Positions 1-9,771 of a DNA stretch of 64,000 nt are shown piece by piece. Position 1 is the stretch's first letter, and every line of letters begins with the position of its first letter. The DNA lies in assembly GCA_964651655.1 (NCBI GenBank), contig CAZYVS010000001.1:77173-141172 (forward strand). Reading direction: 5' to 3'. This DNA is from an uncultured Candidatus Saccharibacteria bacterium (GTDB taxonomy: Bacteria; Patescibacteriota; Minisyncoccia; Phycocordibacterales; Zambryskibacteraceae). The notes below the pieces were generated by a model. It was not told the DNA's origin and did no database searches. It was given only the letters and a program-made list of their open reading frames with translations. A program made the position numbers and the translations under genes.

Positions 1-1303
1 GGAGTAACTTGCGTGCCATATTGACCGATAGCGGTAATATAGGTATCGCCCAACCGCCATATTTCACCATTAAATTTTTCTTTCTTCCATTCCGGAGTAG
101 GAATAATTCCTTGGACTTCGCCAAGAAGTTCGATACCAGTTTTTTCTGTTAAACCAAAAAGTTGAAAATAATTGTCCAGAACGGTTATACCCAGTCCTTC
201 TTGATCGCCATAACCGCCGCCAATGGAATAAAAGTAGGTGTCGGAAGAAACAGCGATCGCCTCCCTCATATCGGTCCAACCGTGCGCTTTCCAATCTTTA
301 AAGACAGATGGTCTGGATGGATCATACGGATTTTTCACCGTAATAGCGCCCGTGCTTAAAATCTTCTTATCCGGAGAGATGATTCTTTCATTGAGAGCCG
401 CAAGGGCGATAATGGGTTTCAAAATAGATCCGGGAGCATAAAGTCCGCTGATGGCGCGATTGAGAAACGGTTTGGACGGGCCATTGATTAAACGATTGAT
501 GGCGGTTTGATTGGAACCTTCCGTTAGCATGTTTTGGTCATATTCTGGAAAACTCGTCAGCGCTAAAATTTCACCGGTTCTGACATTTATCACCACACCC
601 GTTCCGCCGATAAAATCTTTGTCGCCGGCCAGGGCCGTAATGGCTTTATAGAGAGCTTCTGTCAGATAAGCGTCAATGGACAAAGTGATAGAGTCCCCTT
701 TTGTCGGCTTAGTAAGAATAGATTCTGAAATAACGTGACCAAAAACATCTATCTCTTTCAACTTTAGACCGTTTTTGCCCTGTAGAATATCGTCGTAAAC
801 ACGCTCCACACCATCGCGGCCGCGATAAGATTCTTCGTAATATATACCCGATCGATCAGAGAGAGGATACTTGAGATAACCGACCACATGCGACAAGCCC
901 AAGATAGCTGGATAGAATCGGCCGGCGAAAGCGCTTTTTTCATCTTTGACAGCGTTGGTGGCAAGCTCTATCATATTTCGATCATAAATTAATCCTCTGT
1001 CCGCAAAGATGAGAGTACGCGCCAGACGATTGTTCTCTGAGATTCGCGCGTAGAAGGAACCGTTCCTGATGTCAAGATCCCAAAGTTTCAAAACCAAAGT
1101 AAGAATCACCAGAGCCCAAATAACTTTCATGACGGTAAAAGTTTTTTGCCCCATCGGCTTTTCGATTCTCCCTCTAAAGCGGTGTTCGTCAAATCCCGGC
1201 AAATTCGTGGAATCAATGAAAATATCTTCCGGATTAATGTCCTGATATTTTTTGACAACCTGTTGAGGTAAATTTAAACGTTGTCTAATTTTACGTAAAA
1301 ATG
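1..1303 (-). CDS. mrdA: penicillin-binding protein 2 (peptidoglycan D,D-transpeptidase MrdA), 3'-truncated by window edge
   Basis: My own translation of the minus strand from ATG at 1303 gives MFRTFLRKIRQ..., a TM segment, then transpeptidase-like sequence (…ALTSFPEYDQN…, SGLYAPGSILKPI…). It lies downstream of mreBCD in the canonical order. The ORF runs off the window start, so it is absent from the ORF track. Confidence 0.7.
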
Positions 1304-1305
1304 TT

Positions 1306-1569
1306 CTAAACATAAGATCTCATATTTTCTTTGACGGGTAGCATAATTATAAGCGCCGCCAGCACGGCAAACGTTAAAGGAGAAACGGGCGTAATCAAAG
1401 TTGCCGGTAAAACATTATGAACAGCGTCAATCAGAAACGCCAAGACAATACCTTCCCAGAAGAATCGAAAAAAGATAATACCCGTAAATAAGACGGGCAG
1501 ATAAACCCAGTAAGGCAGAAATAAAATTGAAACAAGTATCAAGATGTACCCGACAAGACGATATATCAT
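1306..1569 (-). CDS. mreD: rod shape-determining protein MreD (small polytopic membrane protein)
   Basis: 87-aa hydrophobic protein immediately downstream of mreC, start overlapping the mreC stop (1566-1569). Positional and hydropathy call only. Confidence 0.5.
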   Translation of the reverse strand: MIYRLVGYILILVSILFLPYWVYLPVLFTGIIFFRFFWEGIVLAFLIDAVHNVLPATLITPVSPLTFAVLAALIIMLPVKENMRSYV

Positions 1570-2348
1570 GGTGTGATAAAAACAAATCTAAGAGTAAAAA
1601 TATTAGCCGGACTCTTGGCCAATACTTCTTTGAACGAATCCGTTGGCTGAATTTGTATTTCCCCCACTGTGGCTAAATGGCGCGCTCTGATATCGGCGGA
1701 CAGAATTCTATCCCCTTTTTCTACGGCAATATCGCGCGGCACGCTGAATTCAAAATTTCCACCACCGGCGCCGACAAGATTGATTGGCGCGTTATTCCTT
1801 TCTAGTACGGCATTGGTTTTCTCTCCGTTGGCGGAAAAAAGTTTTACTTGAGCGCTCTTGGAAAAAACTTGAGAAACCATACCCAGAAGCGGTCCTTCCG
1901 GCAAAGATACTTCCGCCCCCACAGCAACAGATTCGCTCGAGCCGGCGTCAATCACGATAACATCATAGGGTGTCTGTGGCGGACGAGTCAGTACTGTCGC
2001 TATTATCCCCGGCGACGACCCTTTTCGACCTATTAGTTCGAGAAGCTCGCTTTCCCGGATTCGTCCGGCTGACAAAGCAAACATCTCTGATTCAAGAGAA
2101 CTCAATTGTTCTTTCAACCTAGCATTTTCTTCGACCAGAGATTTCTGCGAATTAAAAAATACCGCGCCGTCCCTAAAACTTCTAATGACCAGATTTTCAG
2201 TCTTCCAAATCGGAGAGGCCAATGGAACCGCAAATTTGTTGAGAAAGGAAAAAACTATCGCCGCCGATATGAATATGGCTATCAGAATCAGCGCGCGCCT
2301 AACGTGCGGACGCTTCGATTTATTTTTTTGGAGGTAAGTCACCCTCAT
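1566..2348 (-). CDS. mreC: rod shape-determining protein MreC
   Basis: N-terminal TM, coiled-coil (ARLKEQLSSLESEMFAL), then a beta-rich periplasmic domain. Sits between mreB and mreD. Confidence 0.7.
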   Translation of the reverse strand: MRVTYLQKNKSKRPHVRRALILIAIFISAAIVFSFLNKFAVPLASPIWKTENLVIRSFRDGAVFFNSQKSLVEENARLKEQLSSLESEMFALSAGRIRESELLELIGRKGSSPGIIATVLTRPPQTPYDVIVIDAGSSESVAVGAEVSLPEGPLLGMVSQVFSKSAQVKLFSANGEKTNAVLERNNAPINLVGAGGGNFEFSVPRDIAVEKGDRILSADIRARHLATVGEIQIQPTDSFKEVLAKSPANIFTLRFVFITP

Positions 2349-3384
2349 TTTCTATAAGCAGGTCTTTGAAACTTTCTAAATCCTCAAGAATAATGCCCGT
2401 GCCGCGAGCGACGGCTGTCAGCGGATCAGCGGCAATATGAACAGGCATATTAATCTCTCCTTCAATCAATTCAGCCAAACCCTTCACTAAAGAGCCTCCG
2501 CCGGACAGATAAACCCCTCTGGCCATAATGTCTCCCAAAATATCGGGCGGAGTGGCTTCAAGCACTTCTCTGATGGATTCAATCAGACTTTCAACCGATT
2601 GGGAAAGAGCGTCGCGAATATCCGTGTCGGTGAGAATAATCTCTTTGGGCAAACCTGAAACCAGATCACGCCCTCTAACAGACATTTCTAACGGAGCATG
2701 AGTGGGTAAGACCGAACCGATGGAAGTTTTGACAATCTCGGCTGTTTTCTCACCCAGCAGAATTTTGAATTGATTTCTGGCGTGGGCGATGATATCCGCA
2801 TTAAATCTTTCTCCGGCAATACGCAAATTCTTAGAACTAACCACCCCGCCTAATGAGATAATGGCGATATCGGCGGTGCCACCGCCGATATCAATAACCA
2901 TATTGCCTACCGGGTCATGGACCGGTAGACGCATACCGATAGCGGCGGCCATCGGCTCTTCGACAATGTAAACATCTCCGGCCCCGGCATTTTTTGTGGC
3001 ATCGCGGACAGCGCGGATTTCCACATCTGTAATTCCCGACGGCACTCCTACCACCACTCTGGGACTTAATATTTTATTAGAACCGGATGTGGCTTTTATC
3101 AACAAGTAACTAAGCATTTCTTCAGTAATTTCAAAATCTGAAATAACGCCGTCAACCAGAGGTTTAATGGCCAGAATATGGCTGGGAGTACGGCCGAGCA
3201 TGGCTCTGGCTTCCGCGCCGATAGCCACGATTTGTCCGGTTTTTTGATTCATTGCCACCACTGACGGCTCGTTTATTACAATTCCCTTGCCACCCAAATA
3301 GACGAGAGTATTGGCTGTGCCGAGATCAATGCCGATATCGTGAGAAAAGAGTCCGCGAATTTTTTTTAGACCTGAAAATTTCAT
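2320..3384 (-). CDS. mreB: rod shape-determining protein MreB (actin-like ATPase)
   Basis: DIGIDLGTANTLVY…, VVGVPSGITDVE…, DIGGGTADIA motifs of MreB/actin fold. Confidence 0.95.
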   Translation of the reverse strand: MKFSGLKKIRGLFSHDIGIDLGTANTLVYLGGKGIVINEPSVVAMNQKTGQIVAIGAEARAMLGRTPSHILAIKPLVDGVISDFEITEEMLSYLLIKATSGSNKILSPRVVVGVPSGITDVEIRAVRDATKNAGAGDVYIVEEPMAAAIGMRLPVHDPVGNMVIDIGGGTADIAIISLGGVVSSKNLRIAGERFNADIIAHARNQFKILLGEKTAEIVKTSIGSVLPTHAPLEMSVRGRDLVSGLPKEIILTDTDIRDALSQSVESLIESIREVLEATPPDILGDIMARGVYLSGGGSLVKGLAELIEGEINMPVHIAADPLTAVARGTGIILEDLESFKDLLIENEGDLPPKK

Positions 3385-4631
3385 TATTTCTTAAATTTTT
3401 TAACAAGATGGGCTAGAGTTAGCTTTTTTGTATCATCTGAACTGCGATCTTTTACTTCTAGCATACCGGATTCTGAAAATTTATCTCCCATAATTACATG
3501 TCTAGGAATACCAATAAGGTCAGCGTCTGCAAACTTCTCTCCCGCACGAATATCGCGATCATCATAAAGCACTTCCACTCCCTCCTTGGTGAGAGCTTCG
3601 TATATTTTATCTGCAGAATTTTTTGTTCTTTCTGATAGAGAAAGTAAATGAATATGAAAAGGCGCAATTTCCTCAGGCCAGACAATACCCTTTTTATCTG
3701 AAAGCACTTCGACAATCGTACCCATCAATCTGGTAATGCCAATGCCGTAAGAACTTAGAAATACCGCTTTCTTTTGGCCGTGTCTGTCTTTAATATATAA
3801 GCCGAGCTGTTCGCTTTTCTTCGTGCCAAAGTTGAAAATATTGCCGATTTCGGCGGTCTTTTTCATTTCAAAATCGGACTTTTCCGCGCCAAGCTTTTTT
3901 AAGGTTTTGTCATTAAAAATCTCTTCGTTTAAGGCGAGCTTGCCGTTTTTGTGCACATAAATATTGTCTTCGCCGGCGTCGCAAATAGTTTGAAATTCGT
4001 GACTGAATTCGTCGGTAAACACACCGCCGGAAGCCGAGGTGACAAAAGTCATCTCGCCCAGTCCCGCGCGTCTAAAGATATTAAGGTAAGCATCTATCAC
4101 TTTATTATAAAAAGCGGCATTGTTTTCTTCGGTTAAGGCAAAAGAATACATATCTTTCATGATAAATTCCCGGCATCTCATAATGCCGCTTTTGGCCCGC
4201 GCTTCATTTCTTAATTTATTTTGAAATTGATGCACCGTCACGGGCAAATCCTGATAACTGGATATGTGAGACTTCATCATTTCCACAATCGGTTCTTCGT
4301 GCGACCAACCAAGGCCGACCTCGCTACCGTTTTTAAATATAGATTTAAACCAGATATCGACTTTCTCATCATTCCATCTGTCTGTCTTTTCCCAAGTCTC
4401 CTTGTTTTGAAGAGTGGACATAATTATTTCTTGGGAATTGAGCTTCTCCATTTCTTCCGCTACTATTTTTTTTATATTTTTGATGACATTGAAACCCAGT
4501 GGAAGAAAAGAATATACACCGGCCATCTCTTTATTGATAAAACCACCCCGAATGAGAAGCTGAGCGTTTTTCGCCTCTTCATCCTTAGGCGCCTCCCGGC
4601 GCGTTTTGGTAAATAGATGACTCTGCCGCAT
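3384..4631 (-). CDS. proS: prolyl-tRNA synthetase, short form lacking the editing insertion
   Basis: N-terminus MRQSHLFTKTRREAPKDEEAKNAQLLIRGGFI matches the ProRS N-terminal consensus. Class II catalytic core and C-terminal anticodon-binding fold are present. 415 aa. Confidence 0.8.
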   Translation of the reverse strand: MRQSHLFTKTRREAPKDEEAKNAQLLIRGGFINKEMAGVYSFLPLGFNVIKNIKKIVAEEMEKLNSQEIIMSTLQNKETWEKTDRWNDEKVDIWFKSIFKNGSEVGLGWSHEEPIVEMMKSHISSYQDLPVTVHQFQNKLRNEARAKSGIMRCREFIMKDMYSFALTEENNAAFYNKVIDAYLNIFRRAGLGEMTFVTSASGGVFTDEFSHEFQTICDAGEDNIYVHKNGKLALNEEIFNDKTLKKLGAEKSDFEMKKTAEIGNIFNFGTKKSEQLGLYIKDRHGQKKAVFLSSYGIGITRLMGTIVEVLSDKKGIVWPEEIAPFHIHLLSLSERTKNSADKIYEALTKEGVEVLYDDRDIRAGEKFADADLIGIPRHVIMGDKFSESGMLEVKDRSSDDTKKLTLAHLVKKFKK

Positions 4632-4794
4632 CCCGTTATTCTACAGAAAGTTTTACCAAAAACAAAGTGAGGTATATTTAAGGAATTTTAATAAAACTTT
4701 AAAACCTTGGGTTGACAAGAGGTAAGAAGAGTCGGAGGATACACCCTACCTCATCGTGACTGTTTCCAGAATAACAGCGACACCGTGAGCGTGC

Positions 4795-4844
4795 AGACCT
4801 GAGACTCCAGAGAAGTTTCTCTGGAGTCTCAGGTCTTTCTTTTT
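4795..4844 (+). terminator. perfect 20-bp inverted repeat (AGACCTGAGACTCCAGAGAA / TTCTCTGGAGTCTCAGGTCT) followed by TTCTTTTT; intrinsic-terminator-like hairpin or subterminal hairpin of the adjacent RAYT element
   Basis: Read directly in the sequence. It sits in the divergent region between proS (-) and the RAYT gene (+), with no upstream plus-strand gene. Confidence 0.45.
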
Positions 4845-4845
4845 A

Positions 4846-5562
4846 CATAGCCCTCCCCTATGTACATAGCCCCCGCCTATGTATAATGTAATGATGACTA
4901 TAAGAAAACTTTCATTCTCCATGAACGAGTACTATCATCTTTATAGCCGTGGAGTAGATAAACGTTTAATTTTCTTAGATAACAATGATCGCCATAGGTT
5001 TATGCGACTTATGTTTTTATGTAATGGCGACAAGCCGGTTATATATCGTGATACACAAAACCTTTCATTACAGAAAATTGATATGGGAAAAAGATTGGTT
5101 GCTATAGGAGCATATTGTTTAATGCCCAATCACTTTCATATTTTAGTAAGAGAAATAACAGAGGGTGGAATAACAAGATTTATGAGCAAATTGTTAACTG
5201 CGTATTCAACTTACTTTAACAAAAGACGAGCCAGAACAGGAGCTTTATTTTCCAGTGAATTCAAAGCGCAACATTTAGATACCGATGAGTATTTAAAATA
5301 TATCTTCGCTTACATACATCTTAACCCCCTTAAATTAATTGAATCGAGTTGGAGAGAAAGAAAAATAAATAGACAAACAGCAAATGCTTATCTTTCTAAA
5401 TACTATTTTTCAAGCTATCAAGATTATGTTGATGTTGTGCGAGAGATTTCTCTAATATTATCCAGGGATATTTTTCCTCAGTATTTTGTTAAAAAAGGAA
5501 GCTTCGAGACAAATATTAATGACTGGATTAATTTTGACCCACTTACATAGCCCCCGCCTATG
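4846..5562 (+). mobile_element. RAYT unit 1: RAYT-like Y1 (HUH) transposase gene bracketed by REP hairpins CATAGCCCCCGCCTATG
   Basis: REP copies at 4846-4862 (degenerate), 4865-4881 (overlaps the start codon) and 5546-5562 (overlaps the TAG stop). Each copy is an imperfect palindrome CATAG-N7-CTATG. Confidence 0.6.
4879..5550 (+). CDS. REP-associated tyrosine transposase (RAYT) / IS200-IS605 TnpA-like Y1 HUH transposase
   Basis: YHLYSRG…, LMPNHFHILV (HuH), AYIHLNP motifs. The true start is probably the MMTIRK Met a few codons downstream. Confidence 0.8.
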   Translation: MYNVMMTIRKLSFSMNEYYHLYSRGVDKRLIFLDNNDRHRFMRLMFLCNGDKPVIYRDTQNLSLQKIDMGKRLVAIGAYCLMPNHFHILVREITEGGITRFMSKLLTAYSTYFNKRRARTGALFSSEFKAQHLDTDEYLKYIFAYIHLNPLKLIESSWRERKINRQTANAYLSKYYFSSYQDYVDVVREISLILSRDIFPQYFVKKGSFETNINDWINFDPLT

Positions 5563-5575
5563 TATTAGACACTTG

Positions 5576-6700
5576 TTAGAAAATGTTACGGATATCATTG
5601 ATGGTAATAAGAAGCATCAAGAGAAGGAGCAGAGCGAAACCGGCGGTATTGACGATATTGAAAACTCTCGCCGAGATTCGTCTGCGAGTGACCGCTTCAA
5701 TCAAAATAAAAAATAAACGGCCACCGTCAAGCGCGGGAAAAGGTAAAAGATTTATAACGGCAAGATTAATTGATATCAGCGCGGTAAATGTCAGCAAATA
5801 AATAAAACCGAGTTCTCTCGCATCACCGACCATGCTTACTATACCCACAGGACCGGTAATGCTGGAAATATCGGCGGCACCGCCAAGAGCCTTAATAATA
5901 AATGCCATGATGGATTGTCCGGTTAATAAAGTAAGTCCGGTGGTTGTTTTAAGCCCATACCACAGAGCCTTAAACGGTCCGAGTTTAGCTATTCCTATGA
6001 CATCCATAGAAATGCCGACGGCCGGTCGATCGGCAAGAATTCCTTCTTTGGGCATCACAATTTTTTCTGATATTTCACCGCCTCTTTCCACTTTAAAAAC
6101 GATGGATTCGACGGACAGGGCGATAAAATCAGTAGCTTCTTTCGGCGAGATGTTTTCTCCGGCCACTTCGGGTAAGAATTCTGTTCCTCTTGAAAGCGAG
6201 ACTAGCGCGTCTCCGGATTTGATACCTGCCTCTTCGGCGGGAGAAGTCGGTAAGACTAAAGTTATTACCGTGCGCGGATTCTTGACGGGTAGAGCTAACC
6301 CTTCCGGCGCCGGTAGGCCAACAACAAATCCGAGTGAAAATAAAAACCAAGCGAAAAGAAAATTACCGGCCACTCCCGCCACTAACACGGCCACCTGAAT
6401 GCTTCTATTTTTCGACTGGAAACTCTCACTTGGAAGCTCAACCTCCAAGTACTTGGAGGTTGAGCTTCCAAGTTGTTGTTCTACGGGGTTTTCTCCGAAT
6501 ATTTTTACAAATCCGCCAAATGGCAACCAATTGAGTGTAAATGGTGTTCCTTTCCAAGTAAAAAGTTTCTTGGCCAGAGGTGGAAAACCGAGACCGAATT
6601 CATCAACACGTATGCCAAGTCTTTTAGCCACTAAGAAATGCCCAAATTCGTGAACAATGATAAGCGCACTTAAAATTACAATAAAGATAATAATCGACAC
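5576..6700 (-). CDS. rseP: RIP site-2 metalloprotease RseP (M50 family, PDZ-containing)
   Basis: HEFGHFLVAKRLG (HExxH) in TM1, a PDZ-like middle, and C-terminal LPFPALDGG (LDG motif). Confidence 0.85.
   Translation of the reverse strand: MSIIIFIVILSALIIVHEFGHFLVAKRLGIRVDEFGLGFPPLAKKLFTWKGTPFTLNWLPFGGFVKIFGENPVEQQLGSSTSKYLEVELPSESFQSKNRSIQVAVLVAGVAGNFLFAWFLFSLGFVVGLPAPEGLALPVKNPRTVITLVLPTSPAEEAGIKSGDALVSLSRGTEFLPEVAGENISPKEATDFIALSVESIVFKVERGGEISEKIVMPKEGILADRPAVGISMDVIGIAKLGPFKALWYGLKTTTGLTLLTGQSIMAFIIKALGGAADISSITGPVGIVSMVGDARELGFIYLLTFTALISINLAVINLLPFPALDGGRLFFILIEAVTRRRISARVFNIVNTAGFALLLLLMLLITINDIRNIF
6429..6472. repeat. perfect 44-nt palindrome inside the rseP coding sequence (CTTGGAAGCTCAACCTCCAAG-TA-CTTGGAGGTTGAGCTTCCAAG)
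   Basis: Read directly. It encodes …SSTSKYLEVELPSES… in a loop between TM1 and TM2 of RseP. Confidence 0.8.
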
Positions 6701-6706
6701 GACAAT

Positions 6707-7258
6707 TTATGTTAGAATCTCTTTTTCTTTCTTTAGGGCCGATACTTCCAATTTCTGATTGGTATCGTCCACCAGTTTCTGCAATTCATTTTTTAGTCTA
6801 AACTTATCGTCCTTGCCCAAACTAACTTCTTTCTCTTTGTGATTGAGAATTTCAAGATTCTTTTCGCGTTCTGTGCGCACTTTAATGCGCGCTTCTTCTA
6901 ATTTCTCTTTCACCATTTTTATTAAAAGAGTTCTGCGTTCGCCGGTCAATTCCGGGAAAGAAACGCGTACTCCTTGAGCATCAAGCGAGACTGATAAACC
7001 TAGATTTGACTCTCTAATAGCTTTGTCGATATTGGGCGCGATACTATTATCCCATGGAGTGATGAGCAGAGACTTTGGACCCGCCCCGAGAATAGAGGCC
7101 ACTTGGTTAATGGGCAGGCTGGAGCCATAAACTTCGACAGTAACCGCATCCAAGATGCTGGGCGTGGCTTGGTTGGCACGAATGCTGGAATATTCTTTCT
7201 TAAGCCAATCAAGAATAACAGTGCTAGCGCGCTTAAATTCTGTAAAATCATACACCAT
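6707..7258 (-). CDS. frr: ribosome recycling factor
   Basis: 183 aa, RRF-like sequence along its whole length. Confidence 0.9.
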   Translation of the reverse strand: MVYDFTEFKRASTVILDWLKKEYSSIRANQATPSILDAVTVEVYGSSLPINQVASILGAGPKSLLITPWDNSIAPNIDKAIRESNLGLSVSLDAQGVRVSFPELTGERRTLLIKMVKEKLEEARIKVRTEREKNLEILNHKEKEVSLGKDDKFRLKNELQKLVDDTNQKLEVSALKKEKEILT

Positions 7259-7262
7259 GGAA

Positions 7263-7886
7263 TTATTTTAGCACCAATGACAGATGTTCGAGAATTAGAC
7301 GCGATGCCATGTTAGAATCTCCGATGAGACGCCTAATAGCATAAACTTTCTCCGCAAATTTACACATTTCACTTTTCTTTCTTAGCAAAAGCAGAAGAAG
7401 GTCAAGAAAGACCGAGAGATTTTTCTCTTCATCGGCAAACTCTTTGGCAAAGATGAGGCGATTTGTGAGAGAAGACGTTAGAAACGTCTCCGCATCGGTA
7501 GAATCGGATATTGGACTTTTAGGTACTCGAAAAACTTGCATGCGAGAACGCAAGGTTGGCGCAACAAGACCCTCTTCTCTCACAGAGAGAAAAAAGCGGG
7601 TGTTGGGAATCGGGTCTTCAAACGTCTTGAGGAGGGCGTTCTGCGCTTCAAGTGTCAATCGTTCCGGCGCAATGAGAAAAATTTTGCCAAGCGTGATGGT
7701 TTTACGCGAGGATAATAATTTCAACTCACGAGCTTCATCAATACCAAAAGTCTCCGTTCTGAAAACAAAGAAATCCGGATTATTGGAGAGTCGGATATTC
7801 AGACTGTGACAGAAAGATCGTAAATACGATTCCGCCTCCTCCGGCGTTCCAATCAGAAGATTAGCGTGACTCTGGCTTCTTAACAT
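7263..7886 (-). CDS. holB: DNA polymerase III delta' subunit-like protein (clamp-loader subunit, no P-loop)
   Basis: [40 protein letters not shown] matches the delta'/AAA+ sensor region (…NALLKTLEEPP…TI.SRC). The N-terminus lacks a Walker A motif. Confidence 0.55.
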   Translation of the reverse strand: MLRSQSHANLLIGTPEEAESYLRSFCHSLNIRLSNNPDFFVFRTETFGIDEARELKLLSSRKTITLGKIFLIAPERLTLEAQNALLKTFEDPIPNTRFFLSVREEGLVAPTLRSRMQVFRVPKSPISDSTDAETFLTSSLTNRLIFAKEFADEEKNLSVFLDLLLLLLRKKSEMCKFAEKVYAIRRLIGDSNMASRLILEHLSLVLK

Positions 7887-8331
7887 CTAAGAGTTCCACT
7901 TCAAAGATTAAAGTCGAGTTGGGTGGAATAGCGCCCACTCCCTGTTCACCATAACCATAATCCGGAGCGACGATGAGAAGACGCTTGCCTCCAACCTGCA
8001 TGCCGGAGAACCCTTCATCCCAACCGCGAATAACCTGGCCAACTCCAAGGGTGAAGCTGAGTGGGGTGTTCCTATCGCGCGAACTGTCAAAAACTTTTCC
8101 ATCCAAGAGAGTGCCCACATAGTGCACAGTCAAAGTGTCCCCCGGCAGAGCCGCAGCGCCCTCTCCCACAACTATATCTTGCGTTTCCACGCCTGTTTGC
8201 GGCATAGCAGCGTTTGAATTGCCGTCAGACGGGTTAAAAAGATTTATAATCGGGCCTGTAAACAAAAGATACGTTAAGAATGCTAGACCGACAAACACGG
8301 CAATCCATTGATTTCTGTTCAAATTTTTCAT
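7861..8331 (-). CDS. FKBP-type peptidyl-prolyl cis-trans isomerase, membrane-anchored/secreted
   Basis: [39 protein letters not shown]…[11 protein letters not shown]-terminal TM segment. Confidence 0.8.
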   Translation of the reverse strand: MKNLNRNQWIAVFVGLAFLTYLLFTGPIINLFNPSDGNSNAAMPQTGVETQDIVVGEGAAALPGDTLTVHYVGTLLDGKVFDSSRDRNTPLSFTLGVGQVIRGWDEGFSGMQVGGKRLLIVAPDYGYGEQGVGAIPPNSTLIFEVELLDVKKPESR

Positions 8332-8379
8332 ATTTTTTTTAATACTTTATAGGCGTACTCTATATGATATGATAGCGCT

Positions 8380-9084
8380 ATGAAAGAATCAACTGAAAAC
8401 ATTGCAACCTTAAGCCGGGTAGAAATGCAGAAACTCGCCTCAAGACGGGTCGAGGAAATTTCAAGAGAATTTGCGGAAGGGTTTGACTTTCTTGCGGATT
8501 ATCCGAAGTCAGTCACTTTTTTCGGCGCTAACCAATTTGGGGAAGATAATCCTTATTACGCAGATGCTCGCAAGCTGGCTTCGCGCATAGTGGAGAAACT
8601 TGGTTATTCAGTCATTTCCGGTGGCGGCCCGGGTATTATGGAAGCGGCTAACCGAGGAGCTTATGAGGCCGGCGGCAATTCTCTCGGTCTTTTAATCAGG
8701 CTCCCGGACGGACAAGTGACAAATAAATATATCACTCGATCATTTGACTCGTATTATTTCTTTGTGCGTAAGGTTTTGTTATCTTTCTCATCAGAGGCAT
8801 TTATATTTTTCCCGGGCGGTTTCGGCACCTTGGATGAATTTTTTGAAATATTGACCCTCGTTCAAACTAAAAAAATTATTAACATACCCATTATTTGCGT
8901 CGGTTCAGAATATTGGAACGAGCTCAAAAAATTTATGAAGAAAGAACAGCTCCGCCGGGGAGCCATTACAGACAAGGATCTTAAACTCTTTCACATCATT
9001 GATGATTATGACCAAATTATAGAAATAATAAAGAAAGTGCCAACGCGTAGTAGCGTACCCTTGGGCAAAGACATAGATTCTTAA
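8380..9084 (+). CDS. LOG family protein (TIGR00730, cytokinin riboside 5'-monophosphate phosphoribohydrolase-like)
   Basis: GGGPGIMEAANRGA… and PGGFGTLDEFFE motifs. Confidence 0.85.
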   Translation: MKESTENIATLSRVEMQKLASRRVEEISREFAEGFDFLADYPKSVTFFGANQFGEDNPYYADARKLASRIVEKLGYSVISGGGPGIMEAANRGAYEAGGNSLGLLIRLPDGQVTNKYITRSFDSYYFFVRKVLLSFSSEAFIFFPGGFGTLDEFFEILTLVQTKKIINIPIICVGSEYWNELKKFMKKEQLRRGAITDKDLKLFHIIDDYDQIIEIIKKVPTRSSVPLGKDIDS

Positions 9085-9107
9085 AGATAAAGAAATGAAT
9101 TAAAAAT

Positions 9108-9142
9108 GCCGACAGATACCCGATAAACGGGTGCCTGTCGGC
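9108..9142. terminator. bidirectional intrinsic terminator hairpin (GCCGACAG…CTGTCGGC) with T-runs on both strands
   Basis: Located between the LOG gene (+) and a convergent minus-strand transcript. T-runs follow the stem on either strand. Confidence 0.55.
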
Positions 9143-9168
9143 AGGATGGCGTAGAGAACGGTTGTGTT

Positions 9169-9693
9169 TTACTTACCGTTTCCGCGCCAAAAGAGATTGC
9201 GCCACTGATTCTGAGGCGCGCGCCACGCCCGTCGTCTCTTCTGTTGGAGACGAGACACTGGCAATGGGCCCCGACCCCATGGGAATTCCTCGCTACTGCT
9301 CTCGCCAGGAGAGAACATGCGAGCAATTTGACGAGCCGAACCCTCGATGATTGAAGGGAAGGCGACACATCGTTCTCCTATGGCAATGCATGAACCGGTT
9401 GACAACTCCCGGGCCCAGCCTGGCACTCCCGAAGCTGTCTTTAAGCACGGACTCCACCGGTTGAGACCGAATTTAAGATCAAACAGGGGTATTATCATAA
9501 CCCCCGCTAGTTTTACCACCGTCGCTTGACCCTCAGCAAGTGAGCTTACAACGACGGCGGTACATCCATACTTCTGGAGCGCCTCAATCAAGAGAACACT
9601 CCAGGGGTTTCCCTCACCATTCTCATTGTGAACAGTGAGAAACACCGGCCTTCCTTCATTCGTTCCATTCGACCCACCCGTCATATCGGTCAT
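9169..9693 (-). CDS. hypothetical protein in a GC-rich patch; only the N-terminal ~100 aa look protein-like, the rest may be 3'UTR or a decayed gene
   Basis: Strong RBS (AGGAGG) 8 nt before the ATG. The C-terminal half is R/W/G/P-rich and low-complexity. Local GC is clearly higher than the flanks. Confidence 0.3.
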   Translation of the reverse strand: MTDMTGGSNGTNEGRPVFLTVHNENGEGNPWSVLLIEALQKYGCTAVVVSSLAEGQATVVKLAGVMIIPLFDLKFGLNRWSPCLKTASGVPGWARELSTGSCIAIGERCVAFPSIIEGSARQIARMFSPGESSSEEFPWGRGPLPVSRLQQKRRRAWRAPQNQWRNLFWRGNGK

Positions 9694-9771
9694 CTGGCAC
9701 CTCCTAACTAAAATTTTTTTACCGTCCTTTAGTAGTCTAACCCCAGAACTTTTTAAAAGTCAAGGAAAATG

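Noticed and set aside
4690-4850. Possible small RNA (SRP/6S-like) between proS and RAYT1 ending at the 20-bp hairpin terminator
   Set aside because: The hairpin is a perfect symmetric palindrome with no SRP domain-IV asymmetry or GGAA-type loop, and no convincing promoter was seen. It was reported only as an orphan terminator or IS-end hairpin.
9081-9529. Overlapping ORFs 9081-9368(-), 9162-9350(+), 9347-9529(+)
   Set aside because: They are random ORFs typical of a GC-rich stretch, with R/G/P-rich translations and no start context.
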